64,000 nucleotides of DNA, from NCBI GenBank assembly GCA_008632985.1, contig QPGO01000004.1:682001-746000 (forward strand), written 5' to 3'. The stretch is from Psammoneis japonica. Taxonomy: Eukaryota. The notes under the pieces are model-generated. The model was not told where the DNA came from. It ran no database searches and was given only the letters and a program-made list of their open reading frames with translations. The first letter of the stretch is position 1. The number at the start of each line of letters is the position of its first letter. Shown here in pieces: positions 49,378 to 62,442 of this stretch. Made by a program: the position numbers and the translations under genes.

Positions 49378-51402
49378 TCATGATTGTGTTTCTACTGGCT
49401 GCGAATCATCGGGATGGGTCGCCTCTTCCCCGACCTTGAGACGGTCCAGCAGCTCATCAGTTGGTGATTCCTCGGTTTTGGGATCGTTTTCTTTGGCCAG
49501 TTTCTTCTTCGAAAACGGGCGCCACAAGCGCTTGCCTCGCGATCGTCGCTTATCGTCCCCAGTTTTCGTGACACTATTCTCGTCAGTCATAGTGACATTC
49601 TCCTCTTCAGTCACAGACTGCGGCAAGTCAGTCTGAGTAGTGTCATCCTGAGTCGGCATCGTGTCAAATGTTTCAGAAACGACCTCCTTCTTGTCTTCGT
49701 CGTCCACCTTCTCAACGTCTCCGATTTCAGCACCTGGATGATCGGGTATCATATCTACAGCACCTTCTGCTAATGGTACATCCTGCTTGTCACTGTCTAC
49801 TGTCACCAGATTGGTGTCCACTCCGCCTGCTGGCTCCTGCTCGTCCTGGCCCTTGACCTCCGCTGAGAGTTCATCTTTCTTCGAGCGGCGATTCTTGCGC
49901 CAACCGAAACCTCTATGCTTCTTTGGCTTCGTCTCATCCGCAACTAAGGTCGTGCCATCGTCATTGCCTACAACATCTTCTGGCTCTAGTCCTTCCTCCT
50001 CGGGTTCTTGTCCTCCATCTTGTTCCTCGTCTTTCACATCACTATCGAATTTACCTTCTTCGTCTCCCTTCTCCATGTGATTCCACGCAAGTAAGGCCAA
50101 GAGACTTGGATCATTGTCGGGTGCCTCAATGAATTGCGGCTTCTCCTGTTTGACACGACCAGATCGACTATCGTCGTCAACATCCTCGACTTTTCCGTGC
50201 TTCTTGGATCCCTTCTTTTCTTTCTCATCCTTGTCGTCAGGTGGCAACACAGGTACACCATTCCACGACACGACGGAGCCTGTGTCATCAGCATCCATGG
50301 CTTCTTTCAGCTTTGAATCGGTTCGGAACTCCATAGCCTGTAGGCGCTCCAGTTCGGACTTGCTTGTGAGCTCACTGCTGACGCTTGCCTCCTCCTCCTT
50401 TTCGACAACGGTCGCAACAAAGCGTTCCACTGGCTTTTCTTCGTCACTGGCCACTGCCGACTTTTCCTTTTCTTTGCCAGCACCCTTTTTCTTTTTGAAA
50501 AATTTTCTACCAGGCGATTCAGATCGCTCGAGATCAGAGGACATGGGAACGGATTTATCAACCTTGCGTTCCATTGGAGACATCGGTCCATCGAGAATTT
50601 CATTGAGCGACGTGATGCTTAACGAGGGCTCCTCCTGAAACGTGTTGTCAAATCCAATGGTTGAAAGAGTGGCGTTATCTTGTTCATTGGTCACAATACC
50701 GGAAGTCGGTACAAATGGCTGGTCGTCGAAAAAATCATGACCGTCTGGCACGCACTCAAAAGCAGGGAGGATTTTTTCGAGATGAATACGAGCCACTTCG
50801 ACATACTTCTCCGCTTCGTCAAGCGACTTCTTGTCTTTCGCATCCTTTGGCGTCTCCTTCGCTTCGCCCTCATCTCGCCCCTCTACTTTATCTGAGATTG
50901 AGTGAGTAGGACTCTTTCTCGCTGCCATGATAGTCAGAGCTTTCTCTGCTGCAATTTCTCCCTTGTCAGTGTTCTGAGTAACGACCGTCTCCACGTCTTC
51001 ATAGGCGTCTCCTTCAAAAAGACGCCGAGATTCAACAGCACACTGAAATGCATCCTTTATCATCTGCTCTTTATGGTCGTCGTTCATTTCTCCGCTCGTT
51101 TGGCTTGCTGGATCGAGCGCAGCCTCGAGCAGCATTCGTGACTGCTTTGCTTTCTCAGCCGACCGTTGCTTCATAGACTCGTCCGGAATAAGAACAACCC
51201 GCGTCTTGGAGTGGCCAGCTACTCCTTTATCCACCCCACCGCCTTTGGTCTTTCGGAAGAACGAGCGTCGTTTAGTCTTCTTTTTCTTCTTCTTCGTCCT
51301 CTCGATTTCGTCATCGCTGCTGTTCTCCACCAAAACAGCTTCCTGTCCCACCATTTCGACCGGTTCTGTGGAAGCGCTTTCGTCCACTCCCTGATCCTCC
51401 AT
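49378..51402 (-). CDS. Acidic/Lys-rich, probably disordered 674-aa protein of unknown function
   Basis: Long uninterrupted ORF with ATG start, E/D/K-rich composition and basic clusters. Confidence 0.75.
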   Translation of the reverse strand: MEDQGVDESASTEPVEMVGQEAVLVENSSDDEIERTKKKKKKTKRRSFFRKTKGGGVDKGVAGHSKTRVVLIPDESMKQRSAEKAKQSRMLLEAALDPASQTSGEMNDDHKEQMIKDAFQCAVESRRLFEGDAYEDVETVVTQNTDKGEIAAEKALTIMAARKSPTHSISDKVEGRDEGEAKETPKDAKDKKSLDEAEKYVEVARIHLEKILPAFECVPDGHDFFDDQPFVPTSGIVTNEQDNATLSTIGFDNTFQEEPSLSITSLNEILDGPMSPMERKVDKSVPMSSDLERSESPGRKFFKKKKGAGKEKEKSAVASDEEKPVERFVATVVEKEEEASVSSELTSKSELERLQAMEFRTDSKLKEAMDADDTGSVVSWNGVPVLPPDDKDEKEKKGSKKHGKVEDVDDDSRSGRVKQEKPQFIEAPDNDPSLLALLAWNHMEKGDEEGKFDSDVKDEEQDGGQEPEEEGLEPEDVVGNDDGTTLVADETKPKKHRGFGWRKNRRSKKDELSAEVKGQDEQEPAGGVDTNLVTVDSDKQDVPLAEGAVDMIPDHPGAEIGDVEKVDDEDKKEVVSETFDTMPTQDDTTQTDLPQSVTEEENVTMTDENSVTKTGDDKRRSRGKRLWRPFSKKKLAKENDPKTEESPTDELLDRLKVGEEATHPDDSQPVETQS

Positions 51403-52197
51403 CCTCTCTTTCGCGTTTTAACACACTCGAATTTTTCAGTTGCAGCACTTAATTGTAGTTTGTGGGCTCGAATGTACGGGAGACTTTAAGGTAACAATGG
51501 AGTCAATACGTAGTAGTCGCACGAGACTGAGACTCTTTTTGGAACGATGAAAGAAGAAGGAATAGTCTGATGAAATTGAAAATGCCGAAATTGTTCCAAA
51601 TTTTGAGTTGAACCCAACGCTTGTTGAACGGCAATGAAAATAGGTAGAAAAACGGCGAGAAAGAAGAATCCACGTAAAAATTGTATGAGTGCTACGGGGG
51701 CAATGCATCTAAATAACCGGTGGAGAACGTATGGAACATTGTATGTAATATATTTCATATTATATTGTTAAGATGTCGATAAACAATTAATTTTCTAATA
51801 TACAAATTTTCTAATGCACTATAAAGTTAAGTATCCTGTTTTGTGAGACATGACGTATGTGACATACGTTGAGAAATAATGAACTATTCGTACTTGTAGT
51901 ATTTTCAATTTTATGTGAACCGGCGACGTACTGTACTTGTACCATTACACACACAACGCTACTGCATACGGTACCTACCGGCAGTCTACGTACGGGTAAG
52001 TAGGGCCCTAGAGCTATGCTGTCAGTATCTGTCGCCTTCACGTAGAAAACAGTAGAAATATACTGGATGAGTCGCAACACACTGCAGAGAGGCAATCGAA
52101 GTCAATCACTCGAACTCATCGATCGAGCGACCATAACAGAAGGTAGGGCCCTACTTTTGCTCACTTTCTCGTCCTCCTCGATCTACGTAGAATAGCG

Positions 52198-55100
52198 ATG
52201 GACCCTGCAAGCACCAGTGTATATGAAGAGAACATTGACAGTGAAGCAGTAGTCGAATTAGCAACAGGCGACGAGGAGAAAGCAAACATACCGCAGCATC
52301 TCAATTTTGAAGAGCCTGCCGCCTCAATTTCCGGTACTGATTCTACAGAAACTGCCGGTAAGACCACCTCGGGGATCAAGGACGACCTTGGCGACCCTGT
52401 TTGCACAGAAGAAGAAACGATTGCACCCCTGTCACCAGCATCACAATCTAGTGACTTGTTGAGGATGAATTGGTCTGCTACTTCATCACAAGGTAGCTCA
52501 GAGGCAAGATCACAGTTTTCTTCGATTGTTGGCGAACGGTCACACACACTGCTGTCGCTACCGATCGACTCTTTGCATTGCATTGCCTCTTTTACTACAC
52601 CTTCTGATTGGGCCTCTGTCAGCCTAACAGGACATGCAGCGCACCGAGTGGGCCGTGAAATAGTTCGCCGAGTTCGTTTGCATGGCTTTCGCTGTGCCAC
52701 AGAAGTAGTGACTGCATGGGTAAGTCATCTTTGTACATGTGACGCTGCGCTCTGACGACACTTAACTCTCTCTAACTTTTCTCTCGTACTGCTGTGCATC
52801 AGAAACTTGGGCAACACTCAGACGCTGGTGAACTGTCAGCTTTGTACACGAAGAGTGGGGTTCCCATCTATCCACATTCTTTGGGTCATGCATACCACAC
52901 GCTTGCGTGGAGGATGAGAGTGGAAACTAAGGAAATGAAAGATTTATCTTCTGAAGATCCGAGTGTAAATGAAAACGAGGCGGTCTCAGAAGCGGATTCA
53001 GCTGCAAGCGGCGGAGAAACGAGAGTTGTGCTGGACCAGTTCTTCTCAGAACGCTTCCCAGTTCAGCAGGAGAGGTTAACGGATCTGAGTGCACCCAGCC
53101 TTACCTACCTCGAAGAGAAGTGTGCATTTTGGCACTCTCATGAGAATGGTAAAGATGACGGAAATCGAAGCGGTGATGCTCAAGCGCACGGCTTTCGTAC
53201 TCCGAAAGTTCTTGTCAAGGTGCACAGGCATTTGGCGGACCAGCATCTTCGCGGAAAGCCAAAGGTGGACGACGCAAGGGGCGCTATGAAAACCCCGACT
53301 ATAAGTCTGTCTGCCGACTTTTACCACCCTCGCTTTGACAGTGGCTCTGCTATGACTGTCGCCGCTGTAGCACCCATTGATACGCACATTCAAAGTAACG
53401 CTCTGCTTGACTCACAGACGGGGCTGAATGATGTTGCAGAAAATTTACATGAAGAAGGCGAAAGAGATCTTGATTACCTTCAGCATCTTTCCGTCACTTC
53501 TGCTCTTCAGTCGATTCCCACGCCGAGTCCTACGCGTAATACTCTTTCGGACGACACCCCTACTGCCATGAAGAGAGAATCATCGCAAGCCTCGGAAAAA
53601 TCTGTTTTGTCTAATGTGCAGTTGGAGACATATAGCGCTCCGTCGTCCGGCAACCGTGGGGACGCGGAGACCAAAGATTCTGTCAGGAGAGCTTTGCAAG
53701 CACGGTTCAGTTTTTACCAGAAGCGCATGGAAGGCCTTTTGGCTATTCAAGACAACTCTGGCATTGAAGAGTGCTTGCTTGACTTCTGGGATGAATTCCT
53801 GCCTACGACGAAAGGAATCCACTTTTACGATCGCCACACCGCTGTTCCTCGCAAGCAAGGTCTAAAGGACTTCTTGAGTAAGCCCTGCCCGAAAGCCCTG
53901 GGGATTATACAATGCGAGATTGAACGCATAAAAGTCAGTTCCAAGAAAAAAGGAGTCAGCATGAAAGGCCGACTCTTCCCAACGTATGAATACCGTTTGT
54001 TCATCCGTGACCGTCGACCTGACTCGGGCGATAATTCAGATGACGAACCCGAAGCAGGGCACATGCGCCAAGACACAGTTCTTTTAATGGCAAAGAATCG
54101 TGGTCGCAATCACCCGGGAGGGAGCTCCTCCATGTATTCTTCAAAGAAGGGCGTCAACAATTACTACCTTTACGAGGCACAGCAATCTGATGTGGAGGCG
54201 CATTTTGACTCCGTCAACAATATTGATGCATCTTCTGAAAATGTTGGAAGTCGCAACGCTACACCAACTACGGACGACTCCGACCCGCCATTGCTTGGAC
54301 GTCTCCAAAGCAACTTCACAGGAACCGAATTCCAGATATTCACTCCAACAAAGGTGAAGAAGGTTCCTCCCATTTCTCGGTCTTCGAGCAATGTTGAGGC
54401 TTTATCGGATGGTGACGATCTAGATTATGACAGTGGTGTTGCTAGTGACACCCCGACGTCTCGTCGTCGTGTAAGCCTACGTCGTCGTCGTCATTCCAAT
54501 ACCAAGTCACGTGGACGTGACGAATTCAGTGAAGAGCTATCGGCGCCTCAGGATGAAAAGCCAAACCGCGACCGACGACGATCTCTTAGGAGGGCACGTT
54601 CTTTGCCTGTGATCCCATATGGAGGCAGTCGCCGCGCCATCGCAAACTCTGTTGATCCACCGGCGATACCGGAAGTTCAAGAGGTAATGGGCGAAGAAGA
54701 GAATGGCGCAATCACTTACACCGCCAATCTTCTAGGAAATCGTCCACGCATTATGGACGTATGCATTCCGAAGGTAGACCCTGATGGATGCGCCGGAACA
54801 GCTTGGCAGAAATACCTTGAGACTTGCTCTGACGATAGCGGAGATGCTTCGAGCGGCAGTCGCATGTTGCAGCTTTTTAAACAACTGCAACAACGCCAGG
54901 AAACGACAGATGGGCCCAACACGGACACTGCCGATGATGGCGAAACCGAAAACGATGACTTTGGATTGTTACCCCTGCAGAATAGGCCGCCGTGGTGGAA
55001 TGTGGAACTCGGAGCGTTCGTGCTCAATTTTGGAGGGCGGGTTAGTGTTGCTTCTGTGAAGAACTTTCAACTTTGCCACAAGAACGATCAAGACTACATC

Positions 55101-55226
55101 ATGCTGCAGTTTGGAAGGACCGAGGGTCGCCATTCCTTTACGATGGACTTTCAGCACCCTCTAACGGCAGTCCAGGCTTTTGCTATTGCGATTTCGTCGC
55201 TACAGTCCAAAATCTCGTTTGGATAG
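52198..55226 (+). CDS. Tubby-like protein with N-terminal F-box-like motif; join(52198-52719,52803-55226)
   Basis: LLSLPIDSLHCIASF (F-box-like). Tubby motifs GRLQSNFTGTEF, YTANLLGNRPRIM and PWWN..FVLNFGGRVSVASVKNFQL..QFGR..FTMDFQHPLTAVQAFAI. In-frame GT-AG intron. Confidence 0.93.
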
Positions 55227-55312
55227 ACAGTTTCTTACTACGATACAAGTGGGCATGCATAGTTTTAACAGCTTTACTTTATTGGCCCTTCTCTATGCTA
55301 CCATACGTTTCT

Positions 55313-57434
55313 TTAGAAACTGTCATTATGCACGTCCTCAAAGTAGCTTTCAAGTTGCGGTTTTAGAGTGTGCGTCACCTCCTCGGACAGCCCTTTTGCA
55401 TCACGAGGATGTGAGAACTCCTTACATTCAACAAATGAGCACAGAGGCCGAAACGCTTTATTCTCGAGCTCAACGTTAATCTTGGAATCCTTCAGACGAC
55501 TTTGATTCGTCCCGTTGTCAATGCTGATGAAGACTATTGATAACGGTGCATCTGACGCAAGCTCGAAATCTTTCTTTGCAGAAAGAAGATCGCTCTCTGA
55601 TCCTGCAGTCAGGACAAAGAGAACAGTGTACGCCATTTTATTATTTTGCCTTGCTTTTTGCTGTTCGAAATCGGTTGCGCAAAAAGGTATCGAAAAGCAA
55701 GTCAGATACTAGCTGCATTGCATACTATATGCTAACTCCAGTGGGCATGTTGCTTACCATGTTTTTTGTTGACTGCGATGCGGCCGCTCGGACGACGTCG
55801 CCATAGTGGATAATGTCGTGAGATACAAACCCTGTTCGGAACATGGTTTCGTAGCCGTCCAGCAGACCTTCGACCCCCTTTGCTCGTGCCGTGCGACCGC
55901 ACTGAAATATTCTATACGGCTTTCCATCGAACTTTGCTCCAAAACCCCACATCGGGTATTCTTGGGTTGTACTGAATCGTTGCAGAGTGTAACCAACAAC
56001 ACTCATCGCCCATTGATAGTCGTTCGATGAGCCCGGAGAACGATAGTGTGGCGTACCTGCAACTTGGTAGTCTCCTAAAAATAAATCAGATGATCGTTGA
56101 GGGAAATCTTTGCTGGGAAAGGAACAGATTATAATGATTTGCTTACCGTTCGCCGTGGAAAAGTCGATAGCGACGCACATTTCGATACTGCAAGAACCTC
56201 CACCGACGAGGCTCTCAAACGTTGGACGAGCCGAGGAACGAGCCAAAGACGCAGAGCGCTGCTGCTGTGGAGGTGGTAGAATCTGCACAGCTACAGGTTC
56301 TTCTTGTGAAACGATCGCGGGTGAGATTTCACTCTGTGAGTCAGGGAGACTCATTGTGCGGCTCTGCTTTGTCAGTTCCGCATTGACGGCAATTAGCTCT
56401 CCTCGCTTCTCCTTTCGTTTCATGTCTCTCGTTCTGGCTAATCGAAACGCGTTTTCTCTGTCGCAGTTTCCTTTTTGTGCTCTAGCTTCCAACAAGCCTC
56501 TCAGCGTCGTCTCGCAGGAACCTAGTAACGTTCGCTTCCCAAATGCATCCACATCAAGGATTGATATCTGGAGCTCACGGTCAATGTCGTTGTTGCACAA
56601 GCACTCAATGTCAATACTGTCCTCAGGCCAAAGAGGATTCAGGGTTCCATGAGAAAAAGAAGATCTGTAAACAACAGTCCATGTATTCTGCGTAACACCT
56701 TCTTGCTTTCTGCTGATTTCAAAGTAAAAGTCGGGCCTGTCAAGGTTCAGCAGGTTGAGTCTAGTATTCGTCAAGCGATAGCCCCTGAACTGAAACTGCA
56801 ACCAGGTTCGTTCAGGAATTTCGATGCTTCTCTCTATCCGGACGTGAATCTTTCCTTTCGATCCTTTTATCGGCTCTGAAATGGTAAAGTCCTTGTTGTT
56901 TAGGATGGTTTCGACGTCAAAAATGTTGCCACAGAGTTGTATGGTATTTTCCTCTGTGACTGGCACACCGCGAGGATTGTATTGCTGTTCCTCATTTCTA
57001 AGCCTCGTCGGCTTATTCAAACTGTGTTTCGGATCGTTATCAGTATGGAATATATCAACAGCGATTCGTTGTTCAGTCCCAAGGTCATGCGAAACAAAAG
57101 CTACGCAAGCCCATTCGGGGCTGGCAGAAAGGGGGATGACTTCGGTTCGTGCCAAACGATGCCGTTTGACCCCTAAGACGCTACCAACGTCGGAAACTTT
57201 TGAAACAACCGCAAAAGCATTCGGTCGCCGTTTTAAAAGCCCACGTGTAGGGAGGTTTTCAGCTTTCACCAAGAGCTGCAACTTCATCGTCGCACCTCTA
57301 CCGAATGAAGAATGTTTTTGTGGGCCATCGAACATCGAAATCGACAAGGTGCCGCGTGCCGCTACGGCTGGCTTTTTTGGCGGGGGAATTTCAGCGATGC
57401 GTGACTGGCGGGCTGATTCGTGACTCATGCACAA
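55313..57434 (-). CDS. Copine-family protein (two C2 domains plus vWA); introns 56146-56075 and 55757-55661
   Basis: MKLQLLVKAENL (alternative start 57287), RTEVI..SPEW, VYRS..TLNPLW, CVAIDFSTANG, PMWGFGAK, YTVLFVLT and PLSIVFI. Confidence 0.9.
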
Positions 57435-57674
57435 TTCGCATTCCCGACAAAACCAGTCGGACTAGTCATAATCCGATGACATGGTCGACGTCAACGGGCA
57501 GATTGCGACGGTGGTACTGAGATACTGTAAAATCTACGACCGTTGACTCTAGTAGGAAATGTACGTGGCACACCACGTGATCCCAAAAAGTGTCACCGAA
57601 ACAAAGAACAAAGCAGAATTTGTGTCGGAAGAAGAGGAATGGCGGTGGAGTGGCCAGCATCGACACTCAAAACA

Positions 57675-58373
57675 ATGACACGATCCTCCAAAAAATCCTA
57701 CCGCTCCTCTGCTAGAATAATAGTGTTGCTCACATGCGCACAGATAGTGTGTAGCTTCCACGCTCGTCTTCCTATGAGAAGCATGAGCTCAGCGTTGCGA
57801 AGCAGAACACCTGGAGACTTTGAGGGGAGCATTGGCGAGGATGGGATCGACCCCGAAGCACAGGCGCTGACGAGAGAGTTCTACCAGCAGGTTCGTCTGC
57901 GAGAAATTCAGAGGAAGAGAAGAATTGCACGTATGAATGACGGCCCGCGTCTTTCGGGGAAAGAAGCGAGAGCGCGAAATCGAGAATCCCTCGGAAACCG
58001 AGACGGGAATACGTCTTCCAGCGCCTTTACCTTTGCGGGAAATAGACCAAGTTCCGCAGGGTTCTTCTCCGGAGAGGGTGACAGTGTTTACAGTCTCCCC
58101 TCTGTGGGTTTGCAAGGTGCAAGCTCGGCTTCTCCGTCGACGCCTCACACTGTGGATAAGGAATTTCATCTGTTGGGAATAGCAGATCAGTCTTTGGTGG
58201 TTCAAGGCATTGTTGCCGCTTTCGTGATTTCTGCCTACGTTGCCGTTGGGGTGGCAGGCGATATGGCAGGCATTGAAGCCCCCAAGTCATCCGATTGGAT
58301 GTGGAGCTCGATGCCTTCCGTTGTGGAACTCAAGACCGCCCACAGCACCGCAGATACGAGCGTCATGAGTTAA
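57675..58373 (+). CDS. Hypothetical protein with a plastid-type bipartite presequence and one C-terminal transmembrane helix
   Basis: Hydrophobic stretch ending VCS-FH, a Ser/Arg-rich transit-like region, and TM segment GIVAAFVISAYVAVGVAG. Transcribed divergently from the copine gene. Confidence 0.65.
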   Translation: MTRSSKKSYRSSARIIVLLTCAQIVCSFHARLPMRSMSSALRSRTPGDFEGSIGEDGIDPEAQALTREFYQQVRLREIQRKRRIARMNDGPRLSGKEARARNRESLGNRDGNTSSSAFTFAGNRPSSAGFFSGEGDSVYSLPSVGLQGASSASPSTPHTVDKEFHLLGIADQSLVVQGIVAAFVISAYVAVGVAGDMAGIEAPKSSDWMWSSMPSVVELKTAHSTADTSVMS

Positions 58374-58906
58374 TCGACTTTCAAATTGATTCGACATCAG
58401 ACTAATGCAAAATACCAATAACGAGCACACCGAGAATCACACCGAGACCTGTACAATATAGAGACACATGCAGTACCGGCTCTACACCACACGCAGGAGA
58501 CCATAATTCATAGCTACCCTGTTTTACGTTCGGGAGGAGTCTTTAGCTCTAGTAGCCTCCTGTATCTTATCTCTGCAACTCATTCTGCTTTTCCGCTTTA
58601 TTAGAAGTCTCTGTGGTAGCTTGCAACTTGCATACAACAGTTTCAAATCCAGAGGTACCGGCTGTACTTTGGTGAGCAGAAATGTCGTGAGTCGTGAGTT
58701 TGACGGCCGGACGGACACAGCGCAGATCATTGAAGTAAGTTCGGCCGTGACTGGTGACTGATGCATCGCATTGCAACATCGCTTGGTATTCTTCGACATT
58801 CCACATCGTATTGTTGGCTAAAGCTCTACTGTAGGCTTGTCGTTCCTGGATTCGAATCCCTGTCAAAAAGGACGTTGATCGAACGGATGTGTGGACGCTA
58901 AAATAC

Positions 58907-60844
58907 ATGATGGAGCGTGTTCTGTCAAATCTTCACTCGAAGGCTTCGTCTTTTGCTCTTCGTAATTCTTCGGCTCGGTCTCGGAGTCTGATAGAGCACG
59001 GGGTTCTTCTAATTGCCGTCTGTGGATTTGGTGTCCTGATCTTATCGCACATCTCGTTTGTCTATCGGGGGGAAATAAATGCATACAAAGGTGGCAAGAT
59101 ACCACTCTCATGTTTGAGGAACATACCTAGTTTTCGAAAAGATGCCGATGTTACCCATATCATGCTGGCAGACGAATCGGATACTTCTTGTCTGTTGGTG
59201 GAAGAAGATCCGGTCGATATGTTCCTCTCTTTCTCCAAGTCTCATGGATATCTCCTTCTTTCTGAGCAAGACCGCAGTCTCCACAACATCACGACCCAAG
59301 CTATCACCGTATCCAAGAGCGATCCGAAATGCTTTGGCGAACCATTCTTGCAGACGATTGTTTTCAAAGTCATTGGTCCAGAAACAGTCGTTGTGAATTG
59401 GCTTTTAGCTCTTTACCAACAGCAAGGATTCGTTTACAACCCGCGTACAGGGAACGTCATTGACCTCAGCAGCTCGTCTTCAAACTCAAGGTTGCTGAGG
59501 CACGGGTATCATCAATTCATATTCAAATTTGGGATCATCATGACGTCTATTTTTCTATTTTTCATTACAACCACCCTCGTTTCATTCACGCTACGAGAAA
59601 CGCAGGACCGAATGCTGCTATTCACATTTCAACTTCAAGCCAGAATCCGAGCGCAGCTCCCGCACGCACAACTTATTGTCACCCACGTAGTGGAGAGCCT
59701 CGTGTTTGTCCCGGTGATGGTCGGAATGATGTTCTTTCTCATTGAATTCTATCGGGGCGACAAGTTGATGGCTTTTATGGTACTCAGTCTTGTGTGGGTC
59801 TGCGAAGTTTTCTCGGTCGTTTGGTAAGTTCGAGTGGTCTCTGTTGTCGAACCATAGTTATAACCAGCCATCGCTCATCACAACGCCACTTGTCACCCCA
59901 TCCATTAGCATGCGAACAAGCCCTGGTGTTCACTTCTTTCCGAGAGTATTCTTTCTGCTATTCACTCTTTTCCATATTTACTTCTTCTCCTGTCCGTTTG
60001 GCTTCTGCTATTCGGCACTCGCGTCGACAGCATGCTTCCTGACACATTCTATGCTGTTCTTTTGGCACCGATACGAGCTTCCGGCTGTTGCGCATGGTCT
60101 TGCGTCGATGCAGCAGCCACACATGACCAGTGCATCTCATCCTCCGCAGGCACCTCAGTACGCTACTGCTCCTGCTATCCCAGACGTCAATCGCCCCGAC
60201 CACCCAAACCACCACCCCCTTGCAATGCGACGACATGCTTCTGGCCAGTCCTTTCCATCAGTATCAAGTGCTGGACGAGGTGGTAGTGTGCGCTCAGCTT
60301 CCATTGTTTTCAATGACGGAGACGACGATGAGTCGTACATGTACTTTATGGACGGTGAGGTGAGTCGGATGATCCTTATGACAGCATGTATTTTTGCCAA
60401 ATCCTGATCTTACTTCTCCTTCACTTACTTCTCACTCAGGTGGTGATGCATCGTGACCGCCCAATCTATTCTTCAAGTGCGTCCTTGGAGCAAATAGATG
60501 CAACTTCTAATGGTGAAGCAGAAGTTGTGGACTCGGGGGTCCCTCAAGACATTCTCACTGAGGTGCGCTCAAGTGGTTCGTTCGACCATGAAACCATGGC
60601 GATTGACGTTGGTACCACTCGTCGACGTCCTTCTATTCGAAATCGACAAGAGCCATCAAATGATACCCGGACTGCAGATGCCTCAGGTAGAAATGGATTG
60701 CCTGTAGGCGATGAAGCAGATTTGACACCCAGAATAGGAACTGCCCAGCGGCGTGATCAGGTTGTCGGAGATGATGACCGGGACGATGCTTCGCGCATGC
60801 GGAATGCGCCAGTCTTCCCATTTAGAAATTCTGATTGGCGATAA
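58907..60844 (+). CDS. Membralin (TMEM259)-like protein; join(58907-59823,59909-60359,60440-60844)
   Basis: SFTLRETQDRM, HVVESLVFVPVMVGMMFFLIEF, FFPRVFFL..HIYFFS and HSMLFFWHRYELPA. GT-AG introns keep the frame. Start codon uncertain. Confidence 0.88.
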
Positions 60845-60979
60845 GACTTGCGTGTACTATAGATTGGCTATTACTCTTTTGATCCGGCGTTTCGTTGGGA
60901 ATATCAGAGCCCTTTTGCATCATCCAATGTTCGAATGTGTGGGATCTATGTTGGCGAAAGCTCACCAACACAACTAGAG

Positions 60980-62200
60980 GACACGTGTTTTTGTTCCTAA
61001 GTCCTTCAGCAACGTGAAGTTCCATTTGGCGAAAATCACCATGTGTTGACAAAGAGCAACAGAAGGCAGGGAGAGGTTAAGAGGTTGGGATAAAGGGTCT
61101 GAGTCAGGGAGAGCAGAGGGAGATGGCCAGGGAGGCTCGCGTTGAGAGTGGGCAGAAGGAAAGGAAGAGCTGAAAAGGAGGCAACGAAAGAAAAAGCTGT
61201 GACCACCCAAATGATCAATGGCAAAAGGGAGAAGAAAGATCCTGTCATTGTCAAGGGAGTCAACAATGAGAGAGCCACCAGCCAAAGCAGAAGAAAACCC
61301 CAGGAGCTTTGATCTCACACTCAAGTGGTGTGCCTCAGTCAGCACAGCAGGTGCAGAAAGAGCAGGCAGACCAAGAGGAGGACAAGAAGGACTTTGGGCA
61401 TGGTGACATCAACAGCAACACAGCATTGACAAAAAGGGGTGGAGGAAGGACGGAAATGCCAACATGAACAGGACTGCTGAAAAGGGGGGGGGGCAAGAGG
61501 GCAAGAGGTTGGCAGGCTCCTGATGAACGTCAGCTGGCAAGTGGTGCAACTTGGCAAGGGAACCCAAGGTTTGAGAAATGACAAAGACTGTGTCACAAAG
61601 ATCATTGGATGACTTGGACTTTTGTGGCTTTGTTGGCAAGAGACGGCGCCGCCCACCCCCACTTGCAGGAGGCGTCAAGGTTGGCAAGCATGGGCAGGAA
61701 GAGCCAGCTGAAAAAGCAGGAAGGAAGAGCTGGAAGGTGGAGCTTGTGCTGGACAGCAATGGTGCAGAGATTGGAAGGAAGATGGGCAGAATAAGAACAG
61801 TGGGGGAGAGAGTGGAGCGGGAGCTTGCAGCGGTGGTGGTGGTTGTGGAGAAGCGCGAAACTCAGGCATCAGAGGGAGTGTCAGCAGGGGTGTGAGTGAC
61901 AACATCTTTCTGTTAATCATGGCAGAGATGGCAAGCAAGATCAGAGAGCAGTGCCTGCTTGATGAAAGTGGACAAGGTGGCAGCAGAGGGTGCAGAGTCG
62001 GGGGGTTGAGAGTGGGGGCAAAGCAGCGGCAGAAGACAGCACATGATGGGCAGAGTTGAGAGCGGCGGCAGAGGGTTGTTCCAGGATGAAAGAGAAAGCT
62101 TGAAGCACTGGGGGAGAGAAAGTGAGTCACCGGAAGGAAGGGGGTAACTCCATGGGTGGCAAAATGGAAGGAGTGAAGAAGGGAAACAAGGAAGGAGGGG
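60980..62200 (-). mobile_element. Degenerate non-LTR retrotransposon fragment (restriction-like endonuclease end, CRE-like), TpA-depleted
   Basis: Broken motifs SCQQSHKS.SSNDLCDT (zinc knuckle-like), VAVDVT and LLPFAIDHLGG. Strong purine skew and TA loss between two normal genes. Confidence 0.5.
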
Positions 62201-62442
62201 GTGCAGTGGCGGAAGGATCAAAGACGAATCCATCCAATCAAAATCGATGACACGATCCAGATGTAGAATCCTACGGCCCATCCAAGTATGAATAAGGCAA
62301 GCGTGAAGCGCTCGAACAGAAAATACCGGCACCAGCATCATCACCATCACACACCACCCACCCACTCCTGCAAAGAGGGTGTCGAAGCCATACGGTAAGG
62401 GCCTTGGTAACGTTTGATTTTTCGGTAGGAGAAGGTGGTCGC

